IMG/VR virus record: IMGVR_UViG_3300012663_000440
Span: 1 to 52,253 of that record
Reading direction: 5' to 3' (one strand)
Source: a virus
Lineage: Duplodnaviria > Caudoviricetes
DNA length: 52,253 nt
Each line of letters begins with the position of its first letter. Within the stretch, counting starts at the first letter, position 1. Below are positions 28,061 to 38,405 of this stretch, in pieces. The position numbers and the translations under genes are program-made. The notes under the pieces were generated by a model. That model ran no database searches, was not told where the DNA came from, and saw nothing but the letters and a program-made list of their open reading frames with translations.

Positions 28061-28640
28061 TACAGATCACTTACATTACTGGATGCAAGCTATCCGCCAA
28101 AGTCCAGACCCTATACGTACAATGGATGCTTTTTGGAGCGGGCAAATTAAAAGTAAAGAGTGGCTTATTAGCGCACTTGAGTTTACTATAGTTAATCCAG
28201 TTAGCATTGATATACACGGCGGCTGGGTTGGTACATTGGCAAGCATGTTATTTCAAAGTAATGTGCCCGTTACCACAATTCGTAGCGTTGATATTGATCC
28301 TATGTGCGAACCTATTGCTTCCATGATGAATAAAGGCGAAGAGATAGCAGGGAAGTTTCGTGCTATTACCGCAGACATGTGTGCAATTCGAAGCGATGCA
28401 GATGTTGTTATTAATACAAGCTGTGAACATATCACACAAGATCAATATGACTTATGGTTAAGTGGAATGCCCTATAACAGTCTATTAGTATTACAAAGTA
28501 ATAACTATAACATTCCGGAACACATTCGTACTGCTAGTAATCTAGAAGAGTTTAAAACTCAATGTGGTATCAATGTAATATGGGCAGGCGAATTAGAATT
28601 ACCGTTGTACAAACGTTTTATGATTATAGGAAATCAATGA
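28050..28640 (+). CDS. class I SAM-dependent methyltransferase-like protein
   Basis: IHGGWVG, SVDIDP, ADM, INTSCEH; start MQIDTD overlaps upstream stop. Confidence 0.7.
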   Translation: MQIDTDHLHYWMQAIRQSPDPIRTMDAFWSGQIKSKEWLISALEFTIVNPVSIDIHGGWVGTLASMLFQSNVPVTTIRSVDIDPMCEPIASMMNKGEEIAGKFRAITADMCAIRSDADVVINTSCEHITQDQYDLWLSGMPYNSLLVLQSNNYNIPEHIRTASNLEEFKTQCGINVIWAGELELPLYKRFMIIGNQ

Positions 28641-29170
28641 TCTGGATATTTGGCGACAGTTTTGCTGCAAGCAAACATATAGAGTCATGGGTTGGCTTAC
28701 TTAACATCCCTGTAAACAATTTTTCTAGTAATGGTTCTAGTGAATATAGAATTTTAAAAAATTACTACGCACAACAGCATAACATTGCTATAACTGATAT
28801 TGTATTATTTGTACACACATCTAGAAGTAGGATTTTTTTAAGAGATGACAAATCTATATCTAGTAGACTGTTAGGGACTCATCCTAACTGTGATATTATT
28901 ATCAACGATGTATTTGAAAAGAAAGAAAAAGAATATATTAAAATTTTAGAGTCTATATGGGACGATGAATATTTTAATGATGTATTTGATTTAATAGTTG
29001 ATAAACTGCAAGCAGTTCCAAATAGCATACACATAACATTCTTTGAAACAACACGAAGTGATATTGTACAATTAAATCATGTTTGGACTGCAAATCCTGG
29101 AAATATTAACCACATGGATATAACTGGCAATCTATGTGTAGCAGACATTATTTGTAAGCTACTTCCTTAA
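28637..29170 (+). CDS. SGNH-like protein
   Basis: MIWIFGDSF, GSS, NHM...GN. Confidence 0.58.
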   Translation: MIWIFGDSFAASKHIESWVGLLNIPVNNFSSNGSSEYRILKNYYAQQHNIAITDIVLFVHTSRSRIFLRDDKSISSRLLGTHPNCDIIINDVFEKKEKEYIKILESIWDDEYFNDVFDLIVDKLQAVPNSIHITFFETTRSDIVQLNHVWTANPGNINHMDITGNLCVADIICKLLP

Positions 29171-29799
29171 AAAGTAGAATCAAATCCTCTGCTATTTTTT
29201 CTAACGGTTCCTTCAAACCAAAAATCAACATTGAGAGCATATCGTTCTGCATCACTTTTATTTGGCTGTGTTTCATGTAGTAAGTGACTAGGGAAAAAAA
29301 CAATCATGTTGTCCTTGGGACTAACTGAATATAACTTAGTGTTGACTGGTGTTTGTGTATGATAATCAAGATCAATCATTGACGGAAATAAATTAAGATA
29401 ATTTGGATCTTTTCTAAAAATTAAATCTCCGCAGCTTTCGTTGGCTTGCAAATATACCGTTGCTGTAAACAAGCTAGTAGTATGAGTGTGTGCAGGATTG
29501 AATTCGTTTTTATAATGCCTGGTTAACCAGCTGTGTCTAATTTTTAAATTAATAGACGAATCAGCACAAATAACTTCTCTCCAGTATGTTTCAGCGGCCA
29601 ACATAATTTGTTGTTTTAGTTCAGCAAACTCTGTGTGCTGATCAAGCACTTGTCTATCTTTTGAAATAGACAAAAAATAATTGTCTTTACTATGCCATGG
29701 GACATACTCAAGGCGTTTAGCAAATGCAATTACATCATCTGATATTGGGCTAATAAAGCTAGTAGAAATTGGAACAGGAAATAGGTATGCAGTATCCAT
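29167..29799 (-). CDS. putative 2OG-Fe(II) oxygenase (TIGR02466-like)
   Basis: LFPVPI start, SW....HTH, VYL..G.L.F, P....VFFPSHLLHE...R. Confidence 0.8.
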   Translation of the reverse strand: MDTAYLFPVPISTSFISPISDDVIAFAKRLEYVPWHSKDNYFLSISKDRQVLDQHTEFAELKQQIMLAAETYWREVICADSSINLKIRHSWLTRHYKNEFNPAHTHTTSLFTATVYLQANESCGDLIFRKDPNYLNLFPSMIDLDYHTQTPVNTKLYSVSPKDNMIVFFPSHLLHETQPNKSDAERYALNVDFWFEGTVRKNSRGFDSTF

Positions 29800-29804
29800 G
29801 GCAG

Positions 29805-29855
29805 TATTTATGAACTACCAGTATTGCGCTAAAAATATCCGGTTGTGATTAAATA
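29805..29855. promoter_or_regulatory. divergent pair of late TAAATA boxes
   Basis: Minus TAAATA 29805-29810 is 5 nt from ATG 29799; plus TAAATA 29850-29855 is 8 nt from ATG 29864. Confidence 0.65.
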
Positions 29856-29863
29856 TTAGCCAC

Positions 29864-30949
29864 ATGTTTAAATTCAATCAACTAAAAAGCATTCATTTAG
29901 AAATAACCAATCGTTGCCAGGCTCGATGCCCAATGTGTAGCAGAAACATACACGGCGGTGTAGATAATCCAAACTTAGTAATAGCCGATTGGACTTTAGA
30001 TCAATTTAAAGAAATTATAACATTAGAAGTTGCTACACAGATTGATCACATTTATTTCTGCGGTAATTTTGGTGATCCTATAATTAATTCAGATCTAATT
30101 TCGATGTGTCAGCACCTAACAGATCTAAATCCAAAACTCCGAGTTCGTATACACACCAACGGCGGTGCAAGAAGTACTGAATGGTGGGCTAGTTTAGCTA
30201 AAGCATTGCCATTAGATCATGTTGTTATTTTTGGTATTGACGGCCTTGAGGATACACATCATCTGTATCGTATCGGAACTAAGTTTGAAACTGTAATTAA
30301 AAACGCACAGGCGTTTATGCAAGCAGGTGGCAAAGCTGAGTGGGTGTTTATTAAGTTTAAGCATAACGAACATCAAGCAGAAGCCGCAGAACAAATGGCT
30401 AAAGACTTAGGGTTTAGTCAGTTTACTATGAAGAATTCTAATAGGTTTGTTGGCGGCCCAGAATTTGACGTGAGAGACTTGAACGGAAATGTAATTTATA
30501 AATTGCAACCTCCAACAGATAATGTAGTAACCTTTATTGACCGTAAGGTAGTTGACAAGTTAGATGATTGGGTTAACACATCAACAATTAACTGCAAGGC
30601 AGAACTTGAAAAGGAGATTTATATAGATGCACATAGGCAAGTATATCCTTGTTGTTTCCTTGCATCTGCTCCGTACTATCATGTAGACAGCAATAGCATA
30701 GTGTTGCCGGTAAAGCAACGGATAGTTAACGAACATGTTAATTTAATGACTACGCTAGGGTCAACTGTTGTATCAAATACTATATCAATCCAAGAAATTT
30801 TAGATTCTAACCAATGGCAAACTGTATGGGAAGATTCTTGGGAAAATAAAAAATTATTAACTTGTGCAAGGATTTGCGGAACTAGCGAAAAGAAATTGTT
30901 TTCTAAACCGTCAGATCAATTTGTAAAAAGGATCAATTTAAATGAATAA
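29864..30949 (+). CDS. radical SAM / SPASM-twitch protein
   Basis: EITNRCQARCPMC, GNFGDP, HTNG, GIDG; C-terminal C...VYPCC...CARIC. Confidence 0.88.
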   Translation: MFKFNQLKSIHLEITNRCQARCPMCSRNIHGGVDNPNLVIADWTLDQFKEIITLEVATQIDHIYFCGNFGDPIINSDLISMCQHLTDLNPKLRVRIHTNGGARSTEWWASLAKALPLDHVVIFGIDGLEDTHHLYRIGTKFETVIKNAQAFMQAGGKAEWVFIKFKHNEHQAEAAEQMAKDLGFSQFTMKNSNRFVGGPEFDVRDLNGNVIYKLQPPTDNVVTFIDRKVVDKLDDWVNTSTINCKAELEKEIYIDAHRQVYPCCFLASAPYYHVDSNSIVLPVKQRIVNEHVNLMTTLGSTVVSNTISIQEILDSNQWQTVWEDSWENKKLLTCARICGTSEKKLFSKPSDQFVKRINLNE

Positions 30950-32375
30950 AGTATTTTGGATCCAACCTGAGGATACACAACTAGGAGTATGGCAACGAAA
31001 AGTTGAAGCTACTTCTGGTTCTAATACTTTTTGCGTTTTGCCATGGATACACTTTGCCACACGCCCTAACGGGGATATGAGATTATGTTGCGGTAGCAAT
31101 AGCAGCGGCGCAGGCGACGATCACGAAATTGGATTAGTTAAAAACGAAACAGGAAAACCTGCAAACTTTGGAAGAGAAACTCCATTAAGTGCTTGGAACA
31201 ACGAATACATGCGGTCAGTTAGGACCACTATGCTAGACGGTAAGATACCGGCAAGTTGCACTAAATGTTTTGATGAAGAATCAAAAGGCGTTGCAAGCAA
31301 ACGTATGTGGGAAACAGGTACCTGGATTCAAGAAGGAATCGATATAACAGAACTAGTAGCCCAAACTCAAGAAGATGGTACGATACCAGAAAAGCTAGTA
31401 TATCTTGATCTACGTTTAGGGCATACGTGCAATCTTAAATGTGTCATGTGTAGCCCGCACGATAGTAGTCAGTGGGTTGCGGATCATAAAAAGATTTATC
31501 CATTATTTCAAGCTAAAGAACTTAAAGAACAAATGGCTTGGGATAGAAAAAGTTTTAATAATAAATGGCACGAAAATCCAGACTTCTGGAAAGAGATGTA
31601 TGCACAAATTCCTAACCTGAAGCAAGTATACTTCGCAGGCGGTGAGCCATTAATGATCCGAGAGCACAAGTGGTTCTTAGAAGAAATCATTCGTCAAGGT
31701 TACGCTGACAAAATTCTTATTCGATACAACACTAATGGTCTACTAATTACAGATGATATAATTGATTTGTGGAAACAGTTTAAGAAAGTTAAAGTAGGGT
31801 TTAGTATTGATGATGTAGCGGATCGTAATTATTACATAAGATATCCCAGTGACTGGAATACCATTGTGCAAAATTTGCACAAACTTGATAATACACCCGA
31901 CAACATACACGTTAGTATTGCAACAGCTATACAAATATTGAATGTTAAAACAATTACAGAGCTTGCTAAATGGAAAATTACACAAAATTTTAAGAAGGTA
32001 AATATGAGCAATGTAACAGGTGGCATAGAAGCCGGTGGCGGTATCATTAACATGCACCTTGTGTATATCCCAACGTTCTTAAGTATAAAATGTTTACCCA
32101 AGTTAGAAAAAGAAAATGTTAGAAAAATATTTGCAGAATTTGCAAATTGGCTTTATACACATTACAGACAAGATGACGACTTTTGGAAAACAAACCCTTA
32201 CGGTTGGCAACGATGGCAAGCAGTGCTTGATTTTATGGATAGTGAAGATCATACACACGAGCTTCCGGCATTAAGTGAGTATCTCACTCATCTTGACTCA
32301 ATAAGAAATACAGACTTTAAAAAAACTTTCCCATCTCTTGAATGGTTAATAAATGAAAAAATTAATAAAAATTGA
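30942..32375 (+). CDS. radical SAM protein with N-terminal twitch domain
   Basis: FCVLPW...LCC...CTKC; CNLKCVMC; AGGEP; YNTNG. Confidence 0.9.
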   Translation: MNKVFWIQPEDTQLGVWQRKVEATSGSNTFCVLPWIHFATRPNGDMRLCCGSNSSGAGDDHEIGLVKNETGKPANFGRETPLSAWNNEYMRSVRTTMLDGKIPASCTKCFDEESKGVASKRMWETGTWIQEGIDITELVAQTQEDGTIPEKLVYLDLRLGHTCNLKCVMCSPHDSSQWVADHKKIYPLFQAKELKEQMAWDRKSFNNKWHENPDFWKEMYAQIPNLKQVYFAGGEPLMIREHKWFLEEIIRQGYADKILIRYNTNGLLITDDIIDLWKQFKKVKVGFSIDDVADRNYYIRYPSDWNTIVQNLHKLDNTPDNIHVSIATAIQILNVKTITELAKWKITQNFKKVNMSNVTGGIEAGGGIINMHLVYIPTFLSIKCLPKLEKENVRKIFAEFANWLYTHYRQDDDFWKTNPYGWQRWQAVLDFMDSEDHTHELPALSEYLTHLDSIRNTDFKKTFPSLEWLINEKINKN

Positions 32376-33363
32376 AAATAACATTGATCCAAAAATGTTT
32401 AGGGTAGAATGGGCTATGGGTAATGTATGTAATTACAAGTGCCACTATTGTTTCCCTGAAGCTAATGCAGGTACGATCCCTTGGCCAGCGGGAGAGGATC
32501 TCGAGTTATTAAAGAAAAACTTTTCTCATATCTTTGACTATTATTATAGTTGTGGTCGAGACACTATACAATTTTATTTGTTAGGAGGGGAAACTACACT
32601 ATGGAAACATTTGCCAGAGTTTGTTTCTTATTTTAAAAACAAGTATAAAGATAAAATGATTTTTAATATGGCTACTAACGGTTATCGAAAGGTACATTGG
32701 TGGGAGGAAAACGCCAAGTACTTTGACCATATTGAAATTTCAGTACATAACGAATTCTGTGATCCTGATCATATAATTGAAGTCGCAGATTATTTGTTTT
32801 CTACAGAAAACATGGTAGTTGCTAATGTACTAATGGACCCAAAAGCATTTGATAAGTCTAAGGCTATTGTAGATAAATTTCTAGCAGAAAGTAAACACGA
32901 CTGGCCTATTATTGTTAAAGCAGTACACGACGGAGGTGTATTCACGTATCCAGATGACCAAGCAGAATACTTTCATAATGCTAGAAAAAGACTTCCAAGC
33001 ATGGATAAAATAGAAAAGTTTTACAAAGGTAAAATGGAAGAAAGCAAGATTTGGACAACGTTTGAGGACGGTGAAGTATTCGAAGTGCCTACCGAACGAT
33101 GGTTTGGACTAAACGGATTAAATCGTTTTACTGGGTGGGAATGTAATATTGGTGTGGACCTTATTAAAGTAAACTCTAATGGGACTATATCAGGTAACTG
33201 TACTCAAAAATTATACGGTCTAAACTACATGTTTAGCATACACGACGAGGATTTTGTAGAGAAGTTTTCTCCTGAGATTAAGCCTGTCATATGTAGACAA
33301 CTAATTTGTGCATGCGGCGGCGAAGCTAGATTAAAAAAACATAAGATAATCCGAGACCAATGA
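32353..33363 (+). CDS. radical SAM protein with C-terminal Cys cluster
   Basis: WAMGNVCNYKCHYC, LGGET, ATNG, FTGWEC.IG...C...C....C.C. Confidence 0.88.
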   Translation: MKKLIKIENNIDPKMFRVEWAMGNVCNYKCHYCFPEANAGTIPWPAGEDLELLKKNFSHIFDYYYSCGRDTIQFYLLGGETTLWKHLPEFVSYFKNKYKDKMIFNMATNGYRKVHWWEENAKYFDHIEISVHNEFCDPDHIIEVADYLFSTENMVVANVLMDPKAFDKSKAIVDKFLAESKHDWPIIVKAVHDGGVFTYPDDQAEYFHNARKRLPSMDKIEKFYKGKMEESKIWTTFEDGEVFEVPTERWFGLNGLNRFTGWECNIGVDLIKVNSNGTISGNCTQKLYGLNYMFSIHDEDFVEKFSPEIKPVICRQLICACGGEARLKKHKIIRDQ

Positions 33364-34346
33364 AAAAAATTATAAAAATTGAAAATAATTTTGATAATGA
33401 TATTTTACGGATTGAATGGTTAGTTGGAAATCTATGCAACAGAAAATGTTGGTATTGTTTTCCTGGTGCTAATACAGGTGATCAATCTTTCCCTAGCGAT
33501 GTTGAATTATTAAAAAAGAACTTTTCTGCACTATTCAAGCAATACGAGCTTATTGGACGTAACAAGTTTGATTTATTGTTTACTGGCGGTGAACCTACAT
33601 TGTGGAAAGAATTGCCTCAGGTGATAAACTACTTAAAAGATAATCATAATATCTTTATTAGGACACTTACTAATGGATATCGTAAACTAAGTTGGTGGGA
33701 GAAAAATAAAGATATTTTTGATCAAGTAGAAATATCAGTGCATAATGAAGAACTAGATATCAATCATATAATCAATGTTTGTGATTACTTATTTGAATCA
33801 AAAAAGATGGTAGTTGCTAATGTGCTAATGGATCCTAAGAATTTTGAAAAATGCATTCAAATTGTAGAAAGTCTTAAACAAAGTAAGTATCCGTGGCCAA
33901 TAATTGCTAAAACTGTTTTCTTTGACGGCATTCCTGATTATACCGCAGAACAAAAAGAATATTTTACTAACATACGACATCGTGTACCTAGTAAAGAAAT
34001 ATTGCAAGAAATTTATAGTGCTACGGCTAAGGGTACACAATATCAAGCTGTTTATAATAATGGTGAAACATTTAAGTTGCCCCACGACAGATGGATTGCA
34101 TTAGAAGGACTAAATCATTTTTACGGTTGGGAATGTAACTTAGGGGTTGAGTCTATGCAGATTACTCTTGACGGTCGACTAACTGGGAACTGTATGCAAC
34201 CGCTATACGAAGATGAAAATTTTTATAGCATTTTAGATAACGATTTTGAAGAGAAGTTTAAGCCTAATATAAAGCCAGTAAAGTGTAAGCAATTAACTTG
34301 CACTTGTACTACAGACATTCATTTAACAAAAACGAAATCTGTTTAG
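33360..34346 (+). CDS. radical SAM protein (tandem paralog of 32353-33363)
   Basis: WLVGNLCNRKCWYC, TGGEP, LTNG, FYGWEC. Confidence 0.88.
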   Translation: MKKIIKIENNFDNDILRIEWLVGNLCNRKCWYCFPGANTGDQSFPSDVELLKKNFSALFKQYELIGRNKFDLLFTGGEPTLWKELPQVINYLKDNHNIFIRTLTNGYRKLSWWEKNKDIFDQVEISVHNEELDINHIINVCDYLFESKKMVVANVLMDPKNFEKCIQIVESLKQSKYPWPIIAKTVFFDGIPDYTAEQKEYFTNIRHRVPSKEILQEIYSATAKGTQYQAVYNNGETFKLPHDRWIALEGLNHFYGWECNLGVESMQITLDGRLTGNCMQPLYEDENFYSILDNDFEEKFKPNIKPVKCKQLTCTCTTDIHLTKTKSV

Positions 34347-35440
34347 ATATTGTCTATAACAACAGAGTTCCAAATTTTGCTAAAGTCTAATGCATCTTTA
34401 GCTTTTGGAATACACATACCACAACCACATCTTTGATTTGGACAAACAATATTAGTTGGCTGTTCCATTCTTTTAGTTAACTCTTCTAACATAATTTCTG
34501 GACTTTCTATATTACCAAGTGCGCCACGTTTTTTGTCATGCAGTGCTTTGCAAGTTTGATGGTGGTACACTAGGCCTGTATGCTGATCGATATGCAAGAA
34601 ATACCAATCAACCATACAATTCCAATCTTTAAATTTAGTATCAACAACTTTTATTTCCTGCCAGGTGTTATTAACTTTGCCAACTAAACACCTACCTCCA
34701 CAACAGCTTCTCCCTAAGTCAGTACCTAATTTTGTTTGTAAGTTATTGTTGTTAATTCCTAGCTCTTTAAAATACCATTCCTGTTGTTCTAATGAATATT
34801 CGTGGGTAGTTCTTCTGTTTGATCCATCGGTATCTATAAACCACCCTTGTCTTTCAATATTGCCGTCACCTATAGGGCGAATTTTAACAACAACGTTATT
34901 TTCTTTTAGCAAGTTATATACTTCTATACACTCATCCCAAAAATCTACGTGCATCATTAGATTCACTTGGAGCCATATATTAGATTGACTAAGAGCTAGT
35001 ATGTTATGTATTACTTGTTTTTTTAAGTTAGGATGACCCTCTGGATGGTAGCTTACTGTTACTCCTGAAAACCTTGAGAGTATTTTATCGTTATACTTAC
35101 TATTCCATGCACCATTTGTTGTTAAACTTAAATTAAATTGTCGACTATCGCTTTTTATTATATCAGCAAGATCCCAGAATACAGGGTTTAACGTAGGTTC
35201 GCCACCTGTAAAATTTATGTTTGTATGTGTTGTTTCTTTTTTATGTGAATCATATATTGCTGTCCACTTTTTAATAAAATCAAAAGTTTTTAAATAACTA
35301 TCTAGGCTATGGTGTGGGCTTATAAGGTCGTGCCTAGTAGCTTCGCAATATGTACAATCGTAGTTACATCTTCTGCCAGTTTCCCAAGTTACCATCATTG
35401 GTTCGGGAGAAATTTGATTTATTGCAGTAGTTGTTATCAT
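34343..35440 (-). CDS. radical SAM protein with extra Cys cluster
   Basis: WETGRRCNYDCTYC, FTGGEP, TTNG, CCGGRC, FKDWNC, CPNQRCGCGMC. Confidence 0.88.
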   Translation of the reverse strand: MITTTAINQISPEPMMVTWETGRRCNYDCTYCEATRHDLISPHHSLDSYLKTFDFIKKWTAIYDSHKKETTHTNINFTGGEPTLNPVFWDLADIIKSDSRQFNLSLTTNGAWNSKYNDKILSRFSGVTVSYHPEGHPNLKKQVIHNILALSQSNIWLQVNLMMHVDFWDECIEVYNLLKENNVVVKIRPIGDGNIERQGWFIDTDGSNRRTTHEYSLEQQEWYFKELGINNNNLQTKLGTDLGRSCCGGRCLVGKVNNTWQEIKVVDTKFKDWNCMVDWYFLHIDQHTGLVYHHQTCKALHDKKRGALGNIESPEIMLEELTKRMEQPTNIVCPNQRCGCGMCIPKAKDALDFSKIWNSVVIDNI

Positions 35441-36324
35441 TATTTTACTTTTGTTACAGGAATGTCTGCTGCGCAGGTACAGAAATTACGGTCACAAGTT
35501 ACGGGTTGGCTAGGTGCAACGAAGCTAGCTTCATATATGTTGCCTAGACTACCACCGACTCTACAAGTCGCTCTGTGTACTTCTCCGTCCCAATTTATCA
35601 TTAGGCTTTCTATACCTGCGTTGCAAGTCCAACCTTTATATTTGTTTAAGTGTAATTTAATAACATCGTTAGCATGTATTATTTGTTCGCCGTCGATTAC
35701 ACAATTACCTTCTACTGTAGCTTCTTGTTCTTTAAGCCAATTTAAATCGTTTGCGTTATAACGCATATCGTCGAACAAATCATGGTCGCCTTCTGTCCAA
35801 CGTATACGACGGACTGTATTAGGTATATGGGCCAATAAACATCTAGCACGTAATTGTAACACAGCAGGCATATGATCGTGATGTGCCATAATCTGCGCTA
35901 TAACTTTCTTGTTAGATGAATCAATAATACTTTCTACAGTATTAAACACACGCTTCCAATCAAACTCTAAGTGTATGCTGAAAACAATTTGATCTGCTTC
36001 TAATGCTGAATAAAATTCGTAGGGTAATGTGCCGTTGGTCGTTACACTAATCCATGTAACACCAACGTGTTTACAATATTTGATTAACTCTAAAAATTTA
36101 GGATGTACACATGGTTCGCCACCTGTGAAGCTAAGACGTATAGGTTTACCCAATGTCATTAGTTTGTCTACAGTTGTTTTGAGAATTTCTATGTCAGTGT
36201 GCGGGCTAAAGTTATCGTGTATGCTAGCAGGACAATAACTACAGTCGTAGTTACAGCGTTTGCCAAGATTCCATTCGACTTTAATGCTATTTTGATGCGG
36301 CCAACGACTAGTTACTTTAATCAT
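35440..36324 (-). CDS. radical SAM protein with C-terminal twitch-like Cys cluster
   Basis: WNLGKRCNYDCSYC, FTGGEP, TTNG, YKGWTCNAG...C...CDRNFCTC. Confidence 0.88.
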   Translation of the reverse strand: MIKVTSRWPHQNSIKVEWNLGKRCNYDCSYCPASIHDNFSPHTDIEILKTTVDKLMTLGKPIRLSFTGGEPCVHPKFLELIKYCKHVGVTWISVTTNGTLPYEFYSALEADQIVFSIHLEFDWKRVFNTVESIIDSSNKKVIAQIMAHHDHMPAVLQLRARCLLAHIPNTVRRIRWTEGDHDLFDDMRYNANDLNWLKEQEATVEGNCVIDGEQIIHANDVIKLHLNKYKGWTCNAGIESLMINWDGEVHRATCRVGGSLGNIYEASFVAPSQPVTCDRNFCTCAADIPVTKVK

Positions 36325-37112
36325 AGCATTGACACTGCATAATCCGAAACTGCTTGATGGTATAGCGGGCCGTAGTGACCGCCTAGCTTTGCTGACCAGT
36401 CGCGAGCCTTATGGGTGTTAAAATATTCTAACGAGTGTGTTTGGACAGATCCCCATTGGACTTCAATTTTCTTAACATCCTTAGCTTCACCACCAGTCCA
36501 GGGAAAATAAAACTGTACTAATTTAATTCCGTTAGCTGTACATAATTGCTCGATTGATTTTTTTCTATAAGCAAACTCTGTGTACACATGTTGTTCGTAC
36601 TTAGATGTTAGTACTGATATATCATCTAGATCTTTAAATTTATTATCCATATGGCTCAGTTGCGGAATCCAAAAATATACTTCGTTATCAATAAACCATG
36701 TTTTTCTATAAAGGTTGGGCCAAGCAATTAAAATAAATTTTGGTTTCTTTTGGAAAGTTTCTAATGAGTTAACAATATTAGAAAATATAAAATCTGTTGA
36801 GCAGCCGGGAATTCCTAAATTAATGCCATTAACTCCGGTGTGTTTTGATAGCACACTTGTAAAGATTAACTCGTTAGATAAACCAACACCGAATACATTA
36901 CTATCGCCTAACGATAAAAAATAGTTATCTACATCGATATCGTTAATTGCCAAAGTCCTATATCCAAAACTGTTAGTTTGGTATGTAATTTCTTTGTCTC
37001 TCCATATCCAACCATCAGGCATTGTTTTGAGGTTTTGTTTAAAAGTTTCCTCATCGTCCATCGAAACAAATTTGGAATTTAAATTTTGATATTTAGAAAC
37101 ACTAATCAACAC
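36321..37112 (-). CDS. SGNH-like protein
   Basis: Y..NS.GYR, LGDSNVFG, NLGIPGCS, ARD.....GHYGP; paralog of 6491-7384. Confidence 0.62.
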   Translation of the reverse strand: MLISVSKYQNLNSKFVSMDDEETFKQNLKTMPDGWIWRDKEITYQTNSFGYRTLAINDIDVDNYFLSLGDSNVFGVGLSNELIFTSVLSKHTGVNGINLGIPGCSTDFIFSNIVNSLETFQKKPKFILIAWPNLYRKTWFIDNEVYFWIPQLSHMDNKFKDLDDISVLTSKYEQHVYTEFAYRKKSIEQLCTANGIKLVQFYFPWTGGEAKDVKKIEVQWGSVQTHSLEYFNTHKARDWSAKLGGHYGPLYHQAVSDYAVSML

Positions 37113-38364
37113 TTGAATTAAACTCCATTAGTTCTGGCATAACATTAAACAAACTCTGTCCTCTAGACTTATCTAATTGTAAGTTAAATTCTATAAAGTC
37201 TTTTAATAGGTGACTCTGATCCTTGCTATTCATATAGTTAATATTATCTTGTATTTGTTGTAGTGTAATTTGTTTTAATATAGGATGTTTTTTTACGTTT
37301 TCAAAATCTGGAACACGTAATTTAATTTCTTCTAATCTTTTAATTGCAAGATCTTTAAGTTCTCGTGGTAATACTTGGGCCGATAAGCAATTAGGATAAC
37401 TTACTCGATGGCTATAAAATACAATACCTAACTTATTAATAAAGTAATCAATGCACTCTGCGGCTTGTAAAATGTTACCAGCCTGCGCTGTAAATGCACC
37501 CACTACTCTGCTGACGTTAGGAATTCCCTGTATTTCCTTAATGTTCTTTTCAACAACATTAAAATCGCTATTCCCGCGAATGTAATTGTAAACATCGTGA
37601 ATGCCGTCCAAGCTAACGTTAACGGCAATACTTCTAAAATGTGGCCAATAGTCATGTATGGTTCTTCCTTTGCTAATTCCTAGCGTTGTGCCATTTGTGG
37701 CGTATTTTAATTCAATATTAGCACCGTAAGGTTTTAACATGTCTAAAATTTTATAATGTTGAGGATCCATTAGAGGCTCACCGCCTGCAAATTCTACTCG
37801 TCTAAAATGAGGTAAAAGTTTTTCAAAGCTATCCCACCAATTATCAGTGTCGTCAAATTCTCCAATATACTTGCCAGGTTTATCTACTAAGCCTTCGATA
37901 GTAGGAACTAGAAAGTTATTTTCTTTCTTGTAAAACGGGATCACTTTGTTCCAGTCTGTCCAGTTAGTGCTATCTAACGGATTACACATTCGGCATTTTA
38001 AATTACACAAGTTATTAAGTTTGATTTCCATAGTAGGAAACTCAAATGGCATAATTTCTTGTAACGGAGTATTTGGATATAGATTAATACGTGCTTCTGG
38101 AATGACACCATTAATGTGTCGCTGACGTAAACTTTCTACACCTTGATCCTCTAAGTCAAAACAAGGTTTACAAACTTCCGGCCTCTCACCACACAATACT
38201 TGTTTACGTACTTGACGAATAACAGGGCCGTTCCATAAATTTTCTAATGTATCATCTTGTATAAATCCAATAGGCGCACTACGGCAACAGACTTTAACTG
38301 CCCCGTCTTCACGTGTTGCCAAACCCGTAAAAGGGTGCATACAAAATGTCTTAGATTGTGTCAT
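37102..38364 (-). CDS. radical SAM protein with N-terminal twitch domain
   Basis: FCMHPF...VCC...CKPC; CNLKCRMC; AGGEP; ATNG. Confidence 0.9.
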   Translation of the reverse strand: MTQSKTFCMHPFTGLATREDGAVKVCCRSAPIGFIQDDTLENLWNGPVIRQVRKQVLCGERPEVCKPCFDLEDQGVESLRQRHINGVIPEARINLYPNTPLQEIMPFEFPTMEIKLNNLCNLKCRMCNPLDSTNWTDWNKVIPFYKKENNFLVPTIEGLVDKPGKYIGEFDDTDNWWDSFEKLLPHFRRVEFAGGEPLMDPQHYKILDMLKPYGANIELKYATNGTTLGISKGRTIHDYWPHFRSIAVNVSLDGIHDVYNYIRGNSDFNVVEKNIKEIQGIPNVSRVVGAFTAQAGNILQAAECIDYFINKLGIVFYSHRVSYPNCLSAQVLPRELKDLAIKRLEEIKLRVPDFENVKKHPILKQITLQQIQDNINYMNSKDQSHLLKDFIEFNLQLDKSRGQSLFNVMPELMEFNSSVD

Positions 38365-38405
38365 GAAATATTTAGTGTATAATAGTAGCACATAAATATT
38401 TCATG
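38362..38405. promoter_or_regulatory. mirror-image divergent late starts TAAATATTTCATG
   Basis: Perfect 13-bp inverted repeat (38362-38374 / 38393-38405), each arm = TAAATA + TTTC + ATG. Confidence 0.72.

Noticed and set aside
26091-36324. Calling the six short radical SAMs viperins, MoaA or QueE
   Set aside because: Only generic motifs are shared. They lack the MoaA C-terminal GG and the QueE Cx14CxxC/RxxGC context, and they carry extra Cys clusters that viperins lack. A phylogeny is needed
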